This document shows, one piece after another, positions 17,424 through 27,430 of a stretch of 64,000 bases of DNA (its first letter is position 1; every line of letters begins with the position of its first letter). The position numbers and the translations under genes are program-made. The notes below the pieces were generated by a model that was given only the letters and a program-made list of their open reading frames with translations, did no database searches and had not been told where the DNA came from. The stretch covers positions 1-64,000 of IMG/VR virus record IMGVR_UViG_3300021963_000041. One strand, 5' to 3'. The stretch comes from a virus.

Positions 17424-17640
17424 AAACGTCAGGAGTAGTTGCTGGGTGAATAACCTCTACGATGCGAGATTGGCTTGCTGAGCTGATTTCGAAATCTGCC
17501 ATTGTGCCTTCCATGAATTTTACAACACGGGTTTCTGCTTCGGTTACTGACATTGCATCAACTAGGTAACGCTCTGTTTTAGTTTTCACCTTTCCTTTGT
17601 CATCTTCAAATTTTACTTTGACTGCTACTGTGTAGTTCAT
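17413..17640 (-). CDS. DUF4494-like protein
   Basis: E.YLVDA.S.TEAE motif. Confidence 0.7.
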   Translation of the reverse strand: MNYTVAVKVKFEDDKGKVKTKTERYLVDAMSVTEAETRVVKFMEGTMADFEISSASQSRIVEVIHPATTPDVYGK

Positions 17641-17650
17641 ATTATATTGA

Positions 17651-18568
17651 TTAAATTGTTTCTACTAATATACCATTCTTTTTACGATATTCCAACAATG
17701 CTGCCTCTTTTGCTTTACATTCTAACATAATATCGATGTCATGTCCATAAGTGTCAATACACTCGTAGATGAAGTCAGCATGCGCTTGTATCTTGGCTTT
17801 AGGATCTTCTATCTGTCTCGCAGACGAATAATGGACCACCGGCTTAATGCCTTCTGGCCACGTGGAGATAGCCAACTCCAGAGCCTCAGCGTGGGATAAA
17901 TCACCAGGATGGCAACTGTGGTGGTGATAATCGAAAACAATAGGAACACCAACCATCCTATGTATGCCATGATACAAATCGTAAGTAGTGTAAAGGCTTT
18001 GCTTATCGTCATTTTCGATCGTAAGTCTTTTCTTAGTGTTCGGATCAAGTTTATCATAACTCTCGCACCAGGTTTGTAGTACAGCATTCTTATCATTGTA
18101 TGCTGCACCGACGTGAATATTAATTTTATTGTACACACTAGGCTCAAATCCCATCAGGTCAAATAACTCTGAGTGATGACGTAAGTCAATCATAGTGCGT
18201 CTAACTACATCCGGATTAGAAGATCCTAAGATGTTGAATGGTCCAGGATGGAATGTAAGTCGTTGGCCTACCTTAGTAGCGTAGTCACCAATAGCCTTAC
18301 AATACATCTTTATCTTATCGTACTGAGGGAGATCCTCATACTCGTACTCACTGCTCCATGGGAATATGTCAGAGCCAATACGGTAGAACTTGATACCGTT
18401 ACGCTCATTCCACTGAACAATTTGAAATAAATCTCGTAGGTTCTGTAATCCCAACTCCCCTACATATTCTAAGCCCAACTCAGTGAACTTAGACTTACGG
18501 CAAGTACGTCCAGCAAAGATATTCTGCTTACGTAGTTCCGTATTGATACATGCATAACCTAGATTCAT
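17651..18568 (-). CDS. uvsE: UV damage endonuclease
   Basis: LGYACIN, FHPGPF, IENDDK, FDYHHH, HADFI and MLECKAKE motifs. Confidence 0.93.
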   Translation of the reverse strand: MNLGYACINTELRKQNIFAGRTCRKSKFTELGLEYVGELGLQNLRDLFQIVQWNERNGIKFYRIGSDIFPWSSEYEYEDLPQYDKIKMYCKAIGDYATKVGQRLTFHPGPFNILGSSNPDVVRRTMIDLRHHSELFDLMGFEPSVYNKINIHVGAAYNDKNAVLQTWCESYDKLDPNTKKRLTIENDDKQSLYTTYDLYHGIHRMVGVPIVFDYHHHSCHPGDLSHAEALELAISTWPEGIKPVVHYSSARQIEDPKAKIQAHADFIYECIDTYGHDIDIMLECKAKEAALLEYRKKNGILVETI

Positions 18569-18572
18569 ACCG

Positions 18573-18603
18573 TAAAGATACGGTCTTATCTTCGATTATG
18601 CAA
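18573..18603 (-). promoter_or_regulatory. Promoter TTG-N20-TATCTTTA-N4-ATG (leaderless uvsE)
   Basis: Read directly from sequence. Confidence 0.75.
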
Positions 18604-19186
18604 CAAGATAGTCGGAAAATTTTGCTTTGGTTGGTTTGATGTTGGGAAAGTAGTACTTGTAGGTCTTCTTAGACTTCTCTAGTGTGATTATCTTATAGAA
18701 TCCAGCTGGTATTGTTGCGCCAGTTGGTAGCTTCTTTGACGTCTTATCGAATACAACAACAATCTTAACTGATACCGGTTCTGCTTTTGCCCACTCACGC
18801 TCTTGTATCTCTAACATACGCCACACACCTCTGTTTAGATATTGATCTTGTAGTGCGCAGTTTAGATAGCTGAAGGTTTGACGTAGCATTGGTGTAGTAC
18901 AATTGAAGTCTGCAGCAGGAGCCATATGACCTTTGTCATATACATTGTTAGCGTAGTCAGCATTGTCTGAAGTCTTAATGGAATCGCATGTGTAGAAGTC
19001 CATTCCTGAGCGAGATGCTGTACCAGCTGGACACTGTACTGTGTACTTTACCCATAAAGGACTTTCTAGCTTTTCGCTATACATAACTTCGTAGATAGAT
19101 GTTTTGACTTTAACTGAGTCTCTTAAAGGTTTTTGTCCAAAGACCAGTGTTGGAATTAATAACAGTAGTAATAATAGTTTTCTCAT
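18596..19186 (-). CDS. Secreted DNA/RNA non-specific endonuclease (NucA/EndoG family)
   Basis: YDKGHMAPAA, N..LQ...LN.G.W..LE; signal peptide MRKLLLLLLLIPTLVFG-Q. Confidence 0.9.
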   Translation of the reverse strand: MRKLLLLLLLIPTLVFGQKPLRDSVKVKTSIYEVMYSEKLESPLWVKYTVQCPAGTASRSGMDFYTCDSIKTSDNADYANNVYDKGHMAPAADFNCTTPMLRQTFSYLNCALQDQYLNRGVWRMLEIQEREWAKAEPVSVKIVVVFDKTSKKLPTGATIPAGFYKIITLEKSKKTYKYYFPNIKPTKAKFSDYLVA

Positions 19187-19452
19187 ATTGGTAGTAATTT
19201 AGCAGGGACTTCCTGGTCTATAAATAGTTGTAAAATTGTTCTAGCCTTCTCCATCTCAGATACTTTAAAAGTCTTAACAACATACTCACCACGATTAACT
19301 ACCATGTGAGCACAGTTGTATGATTGAGTATCCTCATAACCTAAGCAGTACTTGATCACCTCTGCTACAAGTTCTAGTTGATTGAGTTCGTGATGGTATA
19401 CGACAAGCGCTACTTGTGTAGCCTTCTTTCTTACCATTTGCCTTCTGGACAT
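19183..19452 (-). CDS. ClpS-like adaptor (degenerate)
   Basis: LVVYHHELNQLELVAEVI..C...Q...CA..V..RG..VVK follows the ClpS pattern. Confidence 0.55.
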   Translation of the reverse strand: MSRRQMVRKKATQVALVVYHHELNQLELVAEVIKYCLGYEDTQSYNCAHMVVNRGEYVVKTFKVSEMEKARTILQLFIDQEVPAKLLPI

Positions 19453-19862
19453 TGATCGTTTAAGCTTCGTACTTTTGCGCTAAGTGGACATCCACACTTA
19501 CCACACTTCATACCTCGAATCTGTTTTGTCTTATTGTCTACAACAACTGTATGCAATCCAGTTGACATTTGAGCAAAAGGACAGCCAGCACATATTGATG
19601 CTCTAGCTAATGCAATCTCCTCTGCTACTGGATCATCAATTAGTAGATTGGTCCAGCCATCTACAATGTGTTGCATCTTATTGAAGATTGTAGATTTTGG
19701 TATACGCTTGTTTTTCAGTTTTAAGATACCAACTTGTATGTAATAAGCTGGAACTAGAAATGGTGTCAATATGATTGCTTTTGTAATCTTGTACCACTTC
19801 TTCCTTCTTACATTTGGTAAGTGCTTACGCTCTTGTCGAGCAATCCATTCTCCAGTTTTCAT
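19431..19862 (-). CDS. Membrane-anchored Cys-rich zinc-binding protein
   Basis: R..IC..CP, KCGKCGC...KVR....CP..KW. Confidence 0.65.
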   Translation of the reverse strand: MKTGEWIARQERKHLPNVRRKKWYKITKAIILTPFLVPAYYIQVGILKLKNKRIPKSTIFNKMQHIVDGWTNLLIDDPVAEEIALARASICAGCPFAQMSTGLHTVVVDNKTKQIRGMKCGKCGCPLSAKVRSLNDQCPEGKW

Positions 19863-20491
19863 ATGTCATGTAATCCTTTTAATAGTTGTTGTTTCTCTTC
19901 CTCTGTTAATAAGTCTAGTGAACTTAATGCCTGAGCATGCTCCTCACTAGTCATCATTTCATCTAGTGTATTACGATAGTCCTCAGGACGATCATATGCT
20001 GTTGTCTTGAAATCCTTTCTACTAATATCTCCAACCAATACAAAGTAGCAATTGTAGCATAGCACCTCTAAGTTCTCTCTTCGGTGATCAGTTGCATTAC
20101 CATTAAGGTGGTTTAGTATTAGTGGTGTCTTGAGATCGGTTGGTCTCTTTGTACAGTACCCACAGTGGTTACACTTCTCCTCAATGTATCCACTGATGAT
20201 CATTCTACGCAGTAGTCTGTCTTTAGGATATTGTGGATACTTTCCTAATAGGATATCATCTAACTGAAATCTTTTCTTTGATACGTGTGTCTTGGATATT
20301 CCTAATCCTGATTGGTTTAGGTGTGCTTCAAATAAGCTAATACCTTCATCGTTCTTGTATAGCTTTGCGAATCGCTTATACAATCCATAACTAACACGAA
20401 GGTACTCTGCGGCAGCTCTATTGCTGCGAGTAACCTTCATCGCTTGTTCTATTTGCGATTGTAGTAGTATTGATGTTCTTGCCTTCTTCAT
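19859..20491 (-). CDS. HTH plus HNH endonuclease-like protein
   Basis: CNHC, LNHLNG, ENLEVLCYNC; preceded by AAGGAGG. Confidence 0.7.
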   Translation of the reverse strand: MKKARTSILLQSQIEQAMKVTRSNRAAAEYLRVSYGLYKRFAKLYKNDEGISLFEAHLNQSGLGISKTHVSKKRFQLDDILLGKYPQYPKDRLLRRMIISGYIEEKCNHCGYCTKRPTDLKTPLILNHLNGNATDHRRENLEVLCYNCYFVLVGDISRKDFKTTAYDRPEDYRNTLDEMMTSEEHAQALSSLDLLTEEEKQQLLKGLHDI

Positions 20492-20505
20492 GTAACCTCC
20501 TTGTG

Positions 20506-20988
20506 TTATAGCTTAAGCATCAACTGCCTAGCTACAATACATTTACTATAATCTTCGATTGATATGAAGTACTCTAATGCTTGCTGCACTCCATTCTTCC
20601 AATCTGCTTTTTTTGATGTTATATATACTCCAGTACCATTAAGTTCAAACAATCTAATAGACTCTGTATTCTGAACAACTCCTTCGGCAACCGCTTGTAA
20701 GATTCTGTCATACACAAACTCACTGTTGCTCTCAAAAAACTCATCAGCCTCCTCCTCCTCTAGCACCGGAATCGATGGTATCTCTGAATACTTGAATGTG
20801 TCTACTTCTTTCTCAACATCAAGGATTTCAATATCATCTACATTATATAAGTCTGCTAGTTTCCACACCAACTCATCGCGATCCTGAATACTCTTCACAG
20901 TTTCGTTGTGAACAGTGTTTGTACCATCAAAGACCTTCACCACATACGTCTTTTTCCTTTTGCCTGCAGACAGCACTATTATCTTCAT
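20506..20988 (-). CDS. Hypothetical protein
   Basis: 160-aa ORF after a TATTTATA motif. Confidence 0.7.
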   Translation of the reverse strand: MKIIVLSAGKRKKTYVVKVFDGTNTVHNETVKSIQDRDELVWKLADLYNVDDIEILDVEKEVDTFKYSEIPSIPVLEEEEADEFFESNSEFVYDRILQAVAEGVVQNTESIRLFELNGTGVYITSKKADWKNGVQQALEYFISIEDYSKCIVARQLMLKL

Positions 20989-21002
20989 AACGCTTTCTTT
21001 TA

Positions 21003-21010
21003 TATAAATA
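21003..21010 (-). promoter_or_regulatory. TATTTATA class-2 (putative late) promoter motif
   Basis: Same octamer at 19219, 36123, 40592, 51711 and 54699, with a variant at 59906, each just upstream of a minus-strand gene. Confidence 0.55.
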
Positions 21011-21011
21011 G

Positions 21012-21167
21012 TTACCTGCTGACAACATATAGTTCTAGAAATTGTTTTAGACTGAGACGCTTGACTTGAGCAAAATGGGTTGCTGCTTTATATCTTGATA
21101 GAGCAAATACTCTGAAGATTGGCTCTTTGTGTTTGTCGGTTCTTGAGTAGTAGTGATAGTATTTCAT
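21012..21167 (-). CDS. Small basic protein (51 aa)
   Basis: Manual translation MKYYHYYSRTDKHKEPIFRVFALSRYKAATHFAQVKRLSLKQFLELYVVSR; ATGA overlap. Confidence 0.65.
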   Translation of the reverse strand: MKYYHYYSRTDKHKEPIFRVFALSRYKAATHFAQVKRLSLKQFLELYVVSR

Positions 21168-21409
21168 CTTGAATATCTTACTTGTAATTTTTGTATATCT
21201 GTTAGGAATTGCTCTAAAGTTAAAGACTTATTTGTGTCAGTCTTTACTCTAGCAATAACTAGTAGTTCTGGATTACTATCGATGATTGACATAAGCGTTT
21301 TTAAAGCTTGACCTCCCCAAAAAACTCCAAATGAAGATTCTCCTAATAGGTTTGCTTCATTAAGAGCATCTTGCTCTGTATCACCTGGCATTAGTAAGAA
21401 GTACTGCAT
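21164..21409 (-). CDS. Hypothetical protein
   Basis: 81-aa ORF, TAATG coupling. Confidence 0.6.
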   Translation of the reverse strand: MQYFLLMPGDTEQDALNEANLLGESSFGVFWGGQALKTLMSIIDSNPELLVIARVKTDTNKSLTLEQFLTDIQKLQVRYSR

Positions 21410-22731
21410 TAGTGTATTGAATATAGGTGTTCTGGTTTTACTGTTGGGTTTACCACAACCATTTTCTCAGGTGCTCTGTCAATCTTTCTGTTGACAGTGA
21501 TCGTGAAAGGTCCGTATTCAAAGGCTCCTGGCTCATCCACATTCTCATGGATGATGTGCTGCAGATTCACTAGGAACTCATTGAGTAGTTGATTGGTTAT
21601 GTCTTTTAACTTAAACGATATTAGAATATCATCCTCTCCTGGTACAAACTCACTAGCTAACTTGAATCGATCAGCAGCCTTTAGTTGATTGTACATATAA
21701 CCATACTCCTTCCATGTCTCATCGGAGATGTTCAGCAGATTGTTTGCAGCATTGTGAAACGAGTCATAATACTCCTGCATCTTTTCTATAAAAGACTCCT
21801 CCGGAACATACACCTTTGTGAAGAAAGGCTCTATGATAGGAAATACTGTTTGTATATCAGCGCCTTCTAAATCCATATTTGCTGCAACATTGTAGTAATA
21901 TTGCTTAATGTACCCATCAGGAGTTAATGCACCATGACTAAAAGCTCCCCACAATACAGTGAATCGTGTAAGCTCATGTTGGTCAGCTAATTGCTGTACT
22001 CGAAGTCTTTCTTGTGCTGCTGTATTATTTTTATCAAACCAGTTTGGGCCTCTACTAGATGTACAAGTAAAGTGATAAGCTAATGCTCTCCAAGTTTGGA
22101 CTATTTTGGTTCCGTTGAGAACCATTCGGATCAACATATCGCTATCCTCTCTCGATCGTCTGAATATAGTATCATGACCTCCAACTGATAACCACTCTCT
22201 CTTGTACATTGTAAATGGTGCAAAGAAGTACATAGACCATCGATCTTCTTTATGCTGCTCAGCAAATTCAGTCCATCCCTCCAAGTCAAATGTAAGCGGA
22301 TCTAATCCAAAATCCTTAGTAATCTTTTCAGGACCATCTGGGTGTAATGGTGGTTCTACTCTTGTTGAACAGACCATCATACCAGGCTCTAAACCTTTCA
22401 GCACTTCTAAATCGTAATCCTTACAGATCACCATATCCGACTGCAAATAAGATACAATGTCGTTAGAAGCTTGCTCAAACATCTCATTAATGTTCCTAGC
22501 ATAGCCATAGCAGATAGGTAACTCGTTTCTAAGAATCTTTAGATTAGGGAAGGTTTCTTTTTGTGTTAAAAGCCACTCAAAGGTTCCTTGATTATCACTA
22601 TCAATGAATACAATGATCTCATGATCTCGTCTTGATAGGTTTTGCTCTAACGATTTGAATAGTAGCTTAGTGTGATTAATCTCATTACGAGCTGTATTTG
22701 TACAGAAGGTTATTTTTCTTGTGTCGTTCAT
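21409..22731 (-). CDS. Glycosyltransferase, GT2 family, with C-terminal extension
   Basis: IIVFID, DIVSYLQSDM, GGHD..F....EDSD and YHF motifs. Confidence 0.85.
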   Translation of the reverse strand: MNDTRKITFCTNTARNEINHTKLLFKSLEQNLSRRDHEIIVFIDSDNQGTFEWLLTQKETFPNLKILRNELPICYGYARNINEMFEQASNDIVSYLQSDMVICKDYDLEVLKGLEPGMMVCSTRVEPPLHPDGPEKITKDFGLDPLTFDLEGWTEFAEQHKEDRWSMYFFAPFTMYKREWLSVGGHDTIFRRSREDSDMLIRMVLNGTKIVQTWRALAYHFTCTSSRGPNWFDKNNTAAQERLRVQQLADQHELTRFTVLWGAFSHGALTPDGYIKQYYYNVAANMDLEGADIQTVFPIIEPFFTKVYVPEESFIEKMQEYYDSFHNAANNLLNISDETWKEYGYMYNQLKAADRFKLASEFVPGEDDILISFKLKDITNQLLNEFLVNLQHIIHENVDEPGAFEYGPFTITVNRKIDRAPEKMVVVNPTVKPEHLYSIH

Positions 22732-23504
22732 TATTTTAATTTTGCGTAAACATTTCTTATTCCTTGCTCCAATCCAATAAGTTGAATTGGCATACCAAAG
22801 TAATTACCTGTATAGTCTTTTGATGCATCTGTGTTGGTATCATTTATCATGATTCCAACTTTATATTTACCAAGTCCATTGATAATACTAGCAACGTCAC
22901 TTAACTTGTATTTCTCCAAGTAGCAACAATCTATCGATGCAGGTGGATCAAGAGCTCTGATGTAGTAGTCGACTAGCGATACCAAATCTTCCATATAAAA
23001 GAAATCCCAGAACTTATCCATATGAATACTCATATCCTCTTTATCTAGGTAACGTAAGATATTAGCTTTGATAAATCTAGTATCCCACTCATTCTCATCA
23101 AACACTGAATAGATTCTTAGATTGTAATAATTCTCTCTATCCTCCATAGCACGTGCTATAACCTTCTTACTAAGACCGTATGGTTGATTAGCAGCATGTA
23201 TCTCAGCTCCTGATCCAAACGTAATGAATCTACCAAAGTGCTCTTGATTATCTACAAGATTCCAAAACATATTGATATTGTCTGACAATGTTGTATCGCT
23301 ATCAGGTTTCAATCTGCTACCTCCCGATACAGCTGTATGTATCACTACATCAAAATACTTTCCTTTGAGGAATTGGGAAGTTGCTACATAGTCAGTCAAA
23401 TCAAAATCCTGTCTAGTTGCTAGAGTTATGTCATACTTTGTTGACAATCTGGAGTGTATGCTCTTTGCTATATAACCATTACCGCCGGTGATCAGTATCT
23501 TCAT
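22731..23504 (-). CDS. NAD-dependent nucleotide-sugar epimerase/reductase
   Basis: ITGGNGYIA and YGLSK SDR motifs. Confidence 0.88.
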   Translation of the reverse strand: MKILITGGNGYIAKSIHSRLSTKYDITLATRQDFDLTDYVATSQFLKGKYFDVVIHTAVSGGSRLKPDSDTTLSDNINMFWNLVDNQEHFGRFITFGSGAEIHAANQPYGLSKKVIARAMEDRENYYNLRIYSVFDENEWDTRFIKANILRYLDKEDMSIHMDKFWDFFYMEDLVSLVDYYIRALDPPASIDCCYLEKYKLSDVASIINGLGKYKVGIMINDTNTDASKDYTGNYFGMPIQLIGLEQGIRNVYAKLK

Positions 23505-23977
23505 CGCTTTAAGTTGATGTAGGTTGGGTGTTTCTTAGTTAATGAGTATGCCATTGCTGCGTCAAGATCATCCAAATCATCTGGATGAAAACTCTTTACA
23601 TTATCGAATACACTCATGATGCGCTTATCATCATCTGACCAGTGTGAGAACCCTAGGTAGCCATACTCTCTATCTCTACCACCACCAACAATATTTACTG
23701 GTATATTCTCATGATCGAGATAATTGCGGATCATCTCAAAAGGTCTATATATTGCAAATGGAGTGATTGAGTAAACGTATGGAGTCTTTCCGTCCATAGC
23801 TAATCCTATTGCCATTCCCATCATAGCCATCTCTGATGAACCTACATTAAAGAATCTGTCAGGATAGTCATCACGAACTTGATCCCAAAGTCCATAACCC
23901 AAGTCGCCAGTGATTAGATAGATGTCTGGGTTTGTAGACATCTCTCTGTGTAACATCTTTGCAAAGTCTCTTCTCAT
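23501..23977 (-). CDS. Transketolase-like protein, pyrimidine-binding subunit (short)
   Basis: TGDLG, FFNVGSSE, GLA..G, F...RPFE.IR and G.SH motifs. Confidence 0.88.
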   Translation of the reverse strand: MRRDFAKMLHREMSTNPDIYLITGDLGYGLWDQVRDDYPDRFFNVGSSEMAMMGMAIGLAMDGKTPYVYSITPFAIYRPFEMIRNYLDHENIPVNIVGGGRDREYGYLGFSHWSDDDKRIMSVFDNVKSFHPDDLDDLDAAMAYSLTKKHPTYINLKR

Positions 23978-24591
23978 AATTCAGTTGCTTGTTTGTAATT
24001 TTCTTCAGACATGACGTGGTAGTGTGCATTCAATCCTTTTAAGAATGGATACTGCTCTACTGTCGTGTATCGTAAATTAATTGATGGTAAGAATGCTTTT
24101 AGTCTTGTTGAGATGTAATCGACATCAACCTCTTTATAGGCACACAATCCGTTAACATTAACATAGACCTCAATGTTATTGATACCGAGTTCTTGTATAG
24201 TCTTCAGTGACTCCCAAATACTTCCTTCGGCAGCTTCACCATCACTAATCATAACCCAAACCTTTCTATTAGGATTAGCTACCGCTCGACCTAACGCTAC
24301 AGTCAGACCTAATCCTAGACTGCCGGTTGAACAGTATATCTTATTCTCCTCATCACGATGTGGATGGCCTCCATGCTTCTGGAATAGCATCTCAGCATCA
24401 ATGCCATGATACTTTTCTAAGCATACATAAAGAGCTAATGCACAATGGCCTGCAGACAAGATGAATATATCATCCTTATCCATCTTAGAAAACATTTCGT
24501 CAACAATCTCAACACTCGATAGATAGCTACCAAGATGTCCTAGTTTATTTTTGTAGGCAATCTCTACTATTCTTTTTTTAAGGTCTACCAT
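23974..24591 (-). CDS. Transketolase-like protein, TPP-binding subunit
   Basis: GHLGS, LSAGH, TGSLG and SDGE..EG..WE...N ThDP motif. Confidence 0.88.
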   Translation of the reverse strand: MVDLKKRIVEIAYKNKLGHLGSYLSSVEIVDEMFSKMDKDDIFILSAGHCALALYVCLEKYHGIDAEMLFQKHGGHPHRDEENKIYCSTGSLGLGLTVALGRAVANPNRKVWVMISDGEAAEGSIWESLKTIQELGINNIEVYVNVNGLCAYKEVDVDYISTRLKAFLPSINLRYTTVEQYPFLKGLNAHYHVMSEENYKQATEL

Positions 24592-25553
24592 ATAAATCGC
24601 TTTTTGTAATACTGTACTATACCATTAATCTCATTGGAAAACAACTTTTTTGGTTCCCAACCTAAACTTCGAAGTTTGGAATCATCTAAGGCATAACGAA
24701 CATCTTGACCAGGTCTACTATAAGAAAAGTCAACATACTGATCAATATCATGAAAGTCTTCCCAATTCTCAATCTCAACAAATTTAGTAATCACCTGCTT
24801 GATTGTATCGATGTTTGATTGTTCAAACCCACCAGCAATATTGTATATCTCACCACTCTGTCCTTTTTCCATTAAAGTAATAATAGCTTCTGCTGTATCA
24901 TCAGCATGTAGCCAGTTTCTGTATGGTGTACCGCCATTGTGTAGTGGAATCTTGCGACCTAGACTTAATAACTTTACAGCCTTTGGTATTAGCTTCTCAA
25001 CATACTGACCGATACCATAGTTGTTAGTGGGTCTAACAATCATGTAAGGTACTTTATGAGTTCTACCCCAAGCCATGATTAGCATATCAGCTGCAGCTTT
25101 TGTAGCTGAGTATGGATTACTTGGCTTTAATAAGTGCTCCTCATCATGAGCTCCCTCCTCAATATCACCATACACTTCATCAGTGCTGAAATGGATTAGT
25201 GTAGGTTTTTGTGCATTCTCACCTCTATGGTTTTTAATCAACTCAAGTAGGTTGTGTACGCCATCTACATTAGACTTTACAAACTCTTGGCTACTAGCAA
25301 TGCTATTACCTACGTGGGTCTCTGCTGCTGTGTTGATTACAAAATCACAATCATAGAGAAACTTTAGTTCATTGATATCACAATGTACAAAAGAAAAGTT
25401 ATCATACTTTCTAAATTCCTCTAATAAACTTTTATTAGATGCGTAGGTGATTCTATCAACACCTTTCACATACCAACCCTTATCTAAACACTTTCTTGTT
25501 ATGTAGGATCCAATGAACCCTAGACACCCAGTTATGTAAACTACTCTTTTCAT
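24585..25553 (-). CDS. rmlB: dTDP-glucose 4,6-dehydratase-like
   Basis: TGCLGFIG, AAETHV, STDEVYG, YSATK, NNYG..Q..EK. Confidence 0.85.
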   Translation of the reverse strand: MKRVVYITGCLGFIGSYITRKCLDKGWYVKGVDRITYASNKSLLEEFRKYDNFSFVHCDINELKFLYDCDFVINTAAETHVGNSIASSQEFVKSNVDGVHNLLELIKNHRGENAQKPTLIHFSTDEVYGDIEEGAHDEEHLLKPSNPYSATKAAADMLIMAWGRTHKVPYMIVRPTNNYGIGQYVEKLIPKAVKLLSLGRKIPLHNGGTPYRNWLHADDTAEAIITLMEKGQSGEIYNIAGGFEQSNIDTIKQVITKFVEIENWEDFHDIDQYVDFSYSRPGQDVRYALDDSKLRSLGWEPKKLFSNEINGIVQYYKKRFIW

Positions 25554-25556
25554 ATG

Positions 25557-26456
25557 CTAATTTGTATTATCAATGTTAATCCAAGTTGGTGGATAATAGT
25601 TACCATTCATCCAAGATGATGGATGATAACTTCTTAACCAATTTGTTGGACAAATTATCTTCTTTTCAGGATTCTTACATAGATAAGCTCCCCACCAAGA
25701 GTATGAACTATTTGCTGTGATGTGATGATCACATAAGCTCATTAAAGCTAAATCCTCTTTCTCAGAATCTGTACAGACTTTCTCACCACCTAGCGGATCA
25801 ACAAACCATATATTATCTCCAACCAATATCTCCTTACAATAAGCAATATCATTTGAAAAAACAACAAAATTGTAATCCTCAGCTGGCAAAAAGTTTTGTG
25901 TGATAGCCTCAATGTAGTAGTCGCTATCCAATATTGCAAAGTGGTGATTTGGCATAAGGTAATCTCCTCTACGCAAATGTATACTCACTGTTGGCTTATC
26001 TCCCAAAGACGTTTTAATCTCAGCCATTCTACGTTCGGCTTGTTGTTGGAGGTCTTGTTTGTATTGCCAACCAGCAACTTCATTTCCAATATCATTATAC
26101 CAATAGACATATGTATCAAAACGACCTACTAAATTGTAGTTTGTATTTGGGTCTAATTGAAATAAGCTTCTATCGTAGTTGGTGGTATGAAAATCAATAG
26201 GTCTATTTACAAAGTCTCTAAAGAACTCCTTTGGCTTTACAATAACTGGAACATCCAGCAAATCAAATATGCGGATATGTGTGTTAACCATTTCACCAGT
26301 GGATAGGTAATCTACCACACCACCATCCAACATCTCTTGTGAGAATACTATAGTTTTATTATTCGCCTTCGCTACAGCAGCTAGACTAGCATAAATCTGC
26401 AACTGAGAGCATAACCCTCCTGAAGACCCCATATCAGCTAGCGTAATGTAACTCAT
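25557..26456 (-). CDS. GT11 alpha-1,2-fucosyltransferase-like
   Basis: HLRRGDY, FSND and NSSYSWWGAYL motifs. Confidence 0.9.
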   Translation of the reverse strand: MSYITLADMGSSGGLCSQLQIYASLAAVAKANNKTIVFSQEMLDGGVVDYLSTGEMVNTHIRIFDLLDVPVIVKPKEFFRDFVNRPIDFHTTNYDRSLFQLDPNTNYNLVGRFDTYVYWYNDIGNEVAGWQYKQDLQQQAERRMAEIKTSLGDKPTVSIHLRRGDYLMPNHHFAILDSDYYIEAITQNFLPAEDYNFVVFSNDIAYCKEILVGDNIWFVDPLGGEKVCTDSEKEDLALMSLCDHHITANSSYSWWGAYLCKNPEKKIICPTNWLRSYHPSSWMNGNYYPPTWINIDNTN

Positions 26457-27430
26457 TTGCTGTAAATGTTTAACCAGTACTCAATCATCTCATCCATCAT
26501 ACTCTCAAAAGTGTATGTTGGAGTCCATCCCAACTCTGTACGGATCTTTGTTGAATCTCCTTTAAGATAAGGTAACTCTTCAGGTCGCAAGAACTTCTGA
26601 TTCTGTACCACATACTGTTTGTAATCCAGACCCAACTTACCAAATACGTACTCACACATATCGCGTACGGATCTTGTCTCGCCAGTAGCTACTACCCAGT
26701 CACCAGGTTGATCCTGCTGTAGGATTAGATGCATTGCTCGTACGTAATCGTAGGAGTGACCCCAATCACGATACGCATCCATGTTACCTAACTCTAACTT
26801 ATCTTCTAAGCCCAAACTAATCAACACCGCTGCCTTCACCACTTTGTTTGTTACAAAGTTGGATCCTCGTCTAGGTGATTCGTGGTTAAATAAAATACCG
26901 TTGCTAGCATGTAGTTTGTAAGCATTACGATAGTTACGTACAATATTGTAACCAAACACCTTAGTACATCCATATGGAGATACTGGATTCATTGGTGTGG
27001 TTTCTCTTTGGTATCCATCAGAGTCAACACTACTACCAAACATTTCTGAGCTACTAGCTTGATAGAACTTTGCTTGTGGACATGAGCGTCTATAAGCTTC
27101 TAATATATTCAACACTCCTACCGCATTTGTTTGAGCTGTAAATTGTGGAATGTCATAGCTGATTCGTACATGACTCTGTGCTGCTATGTTGTAGATTTCA
27201 TCTGGCTGAATCTTATCTAGTAAGTGCTCAAGACTCGATTGGTCTAGTAAGTCACCATAATAGACATTCATATCATACTTGATGTTCTCAATTCTACTTT
27301 GTTGATGCTCAGGTACGGAATTTCGTCTAACGATTCCATGAACCTCATAGCCTAGACTCAAAAGGTACTCGGCTAAATAAGATCCATCCTGACCTCCAAC
27401 TCCTGTAATAAACGCTTTTTTCTTACTCAT
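26453..27430 (-). CDS. gmd: GDP-mannose 4,6-dehydratase
   Basis: ITG..GQDGSYL, AQSHV, QASSSE, GILFNHESPRRG, RDWG. Confidence 0.95.
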   Translation of the reverse strand: MSKKKAFITGVGGQDGSYLAEYLLSLGYEVHGIVRRNSVPEHQQSRIENIKYDMNVYYGDLLDQSSLEHLLDKIQPDEIYNIAAQSHVRISYDIPQFTAQTNAVGVLNILEAYRRSCPQAKFYQASSSEMFGSSVDSDGYQRETTPMNPVSPYGCTKVFGYNIVRNYRNAYKLHASNGILFNHESPRRGSNFVTNKVVKAAVLISLGLEDKLELGNMDAYRDWGHSYDYVRAMHLILQQDQPGDWVVATGETRSVRDMCEYVFGKLGLDYKQYVVQNQKFLRPEELPYLKGDSTKIRTELGWTPTYTFESMMDEMIEYWLNIYSK

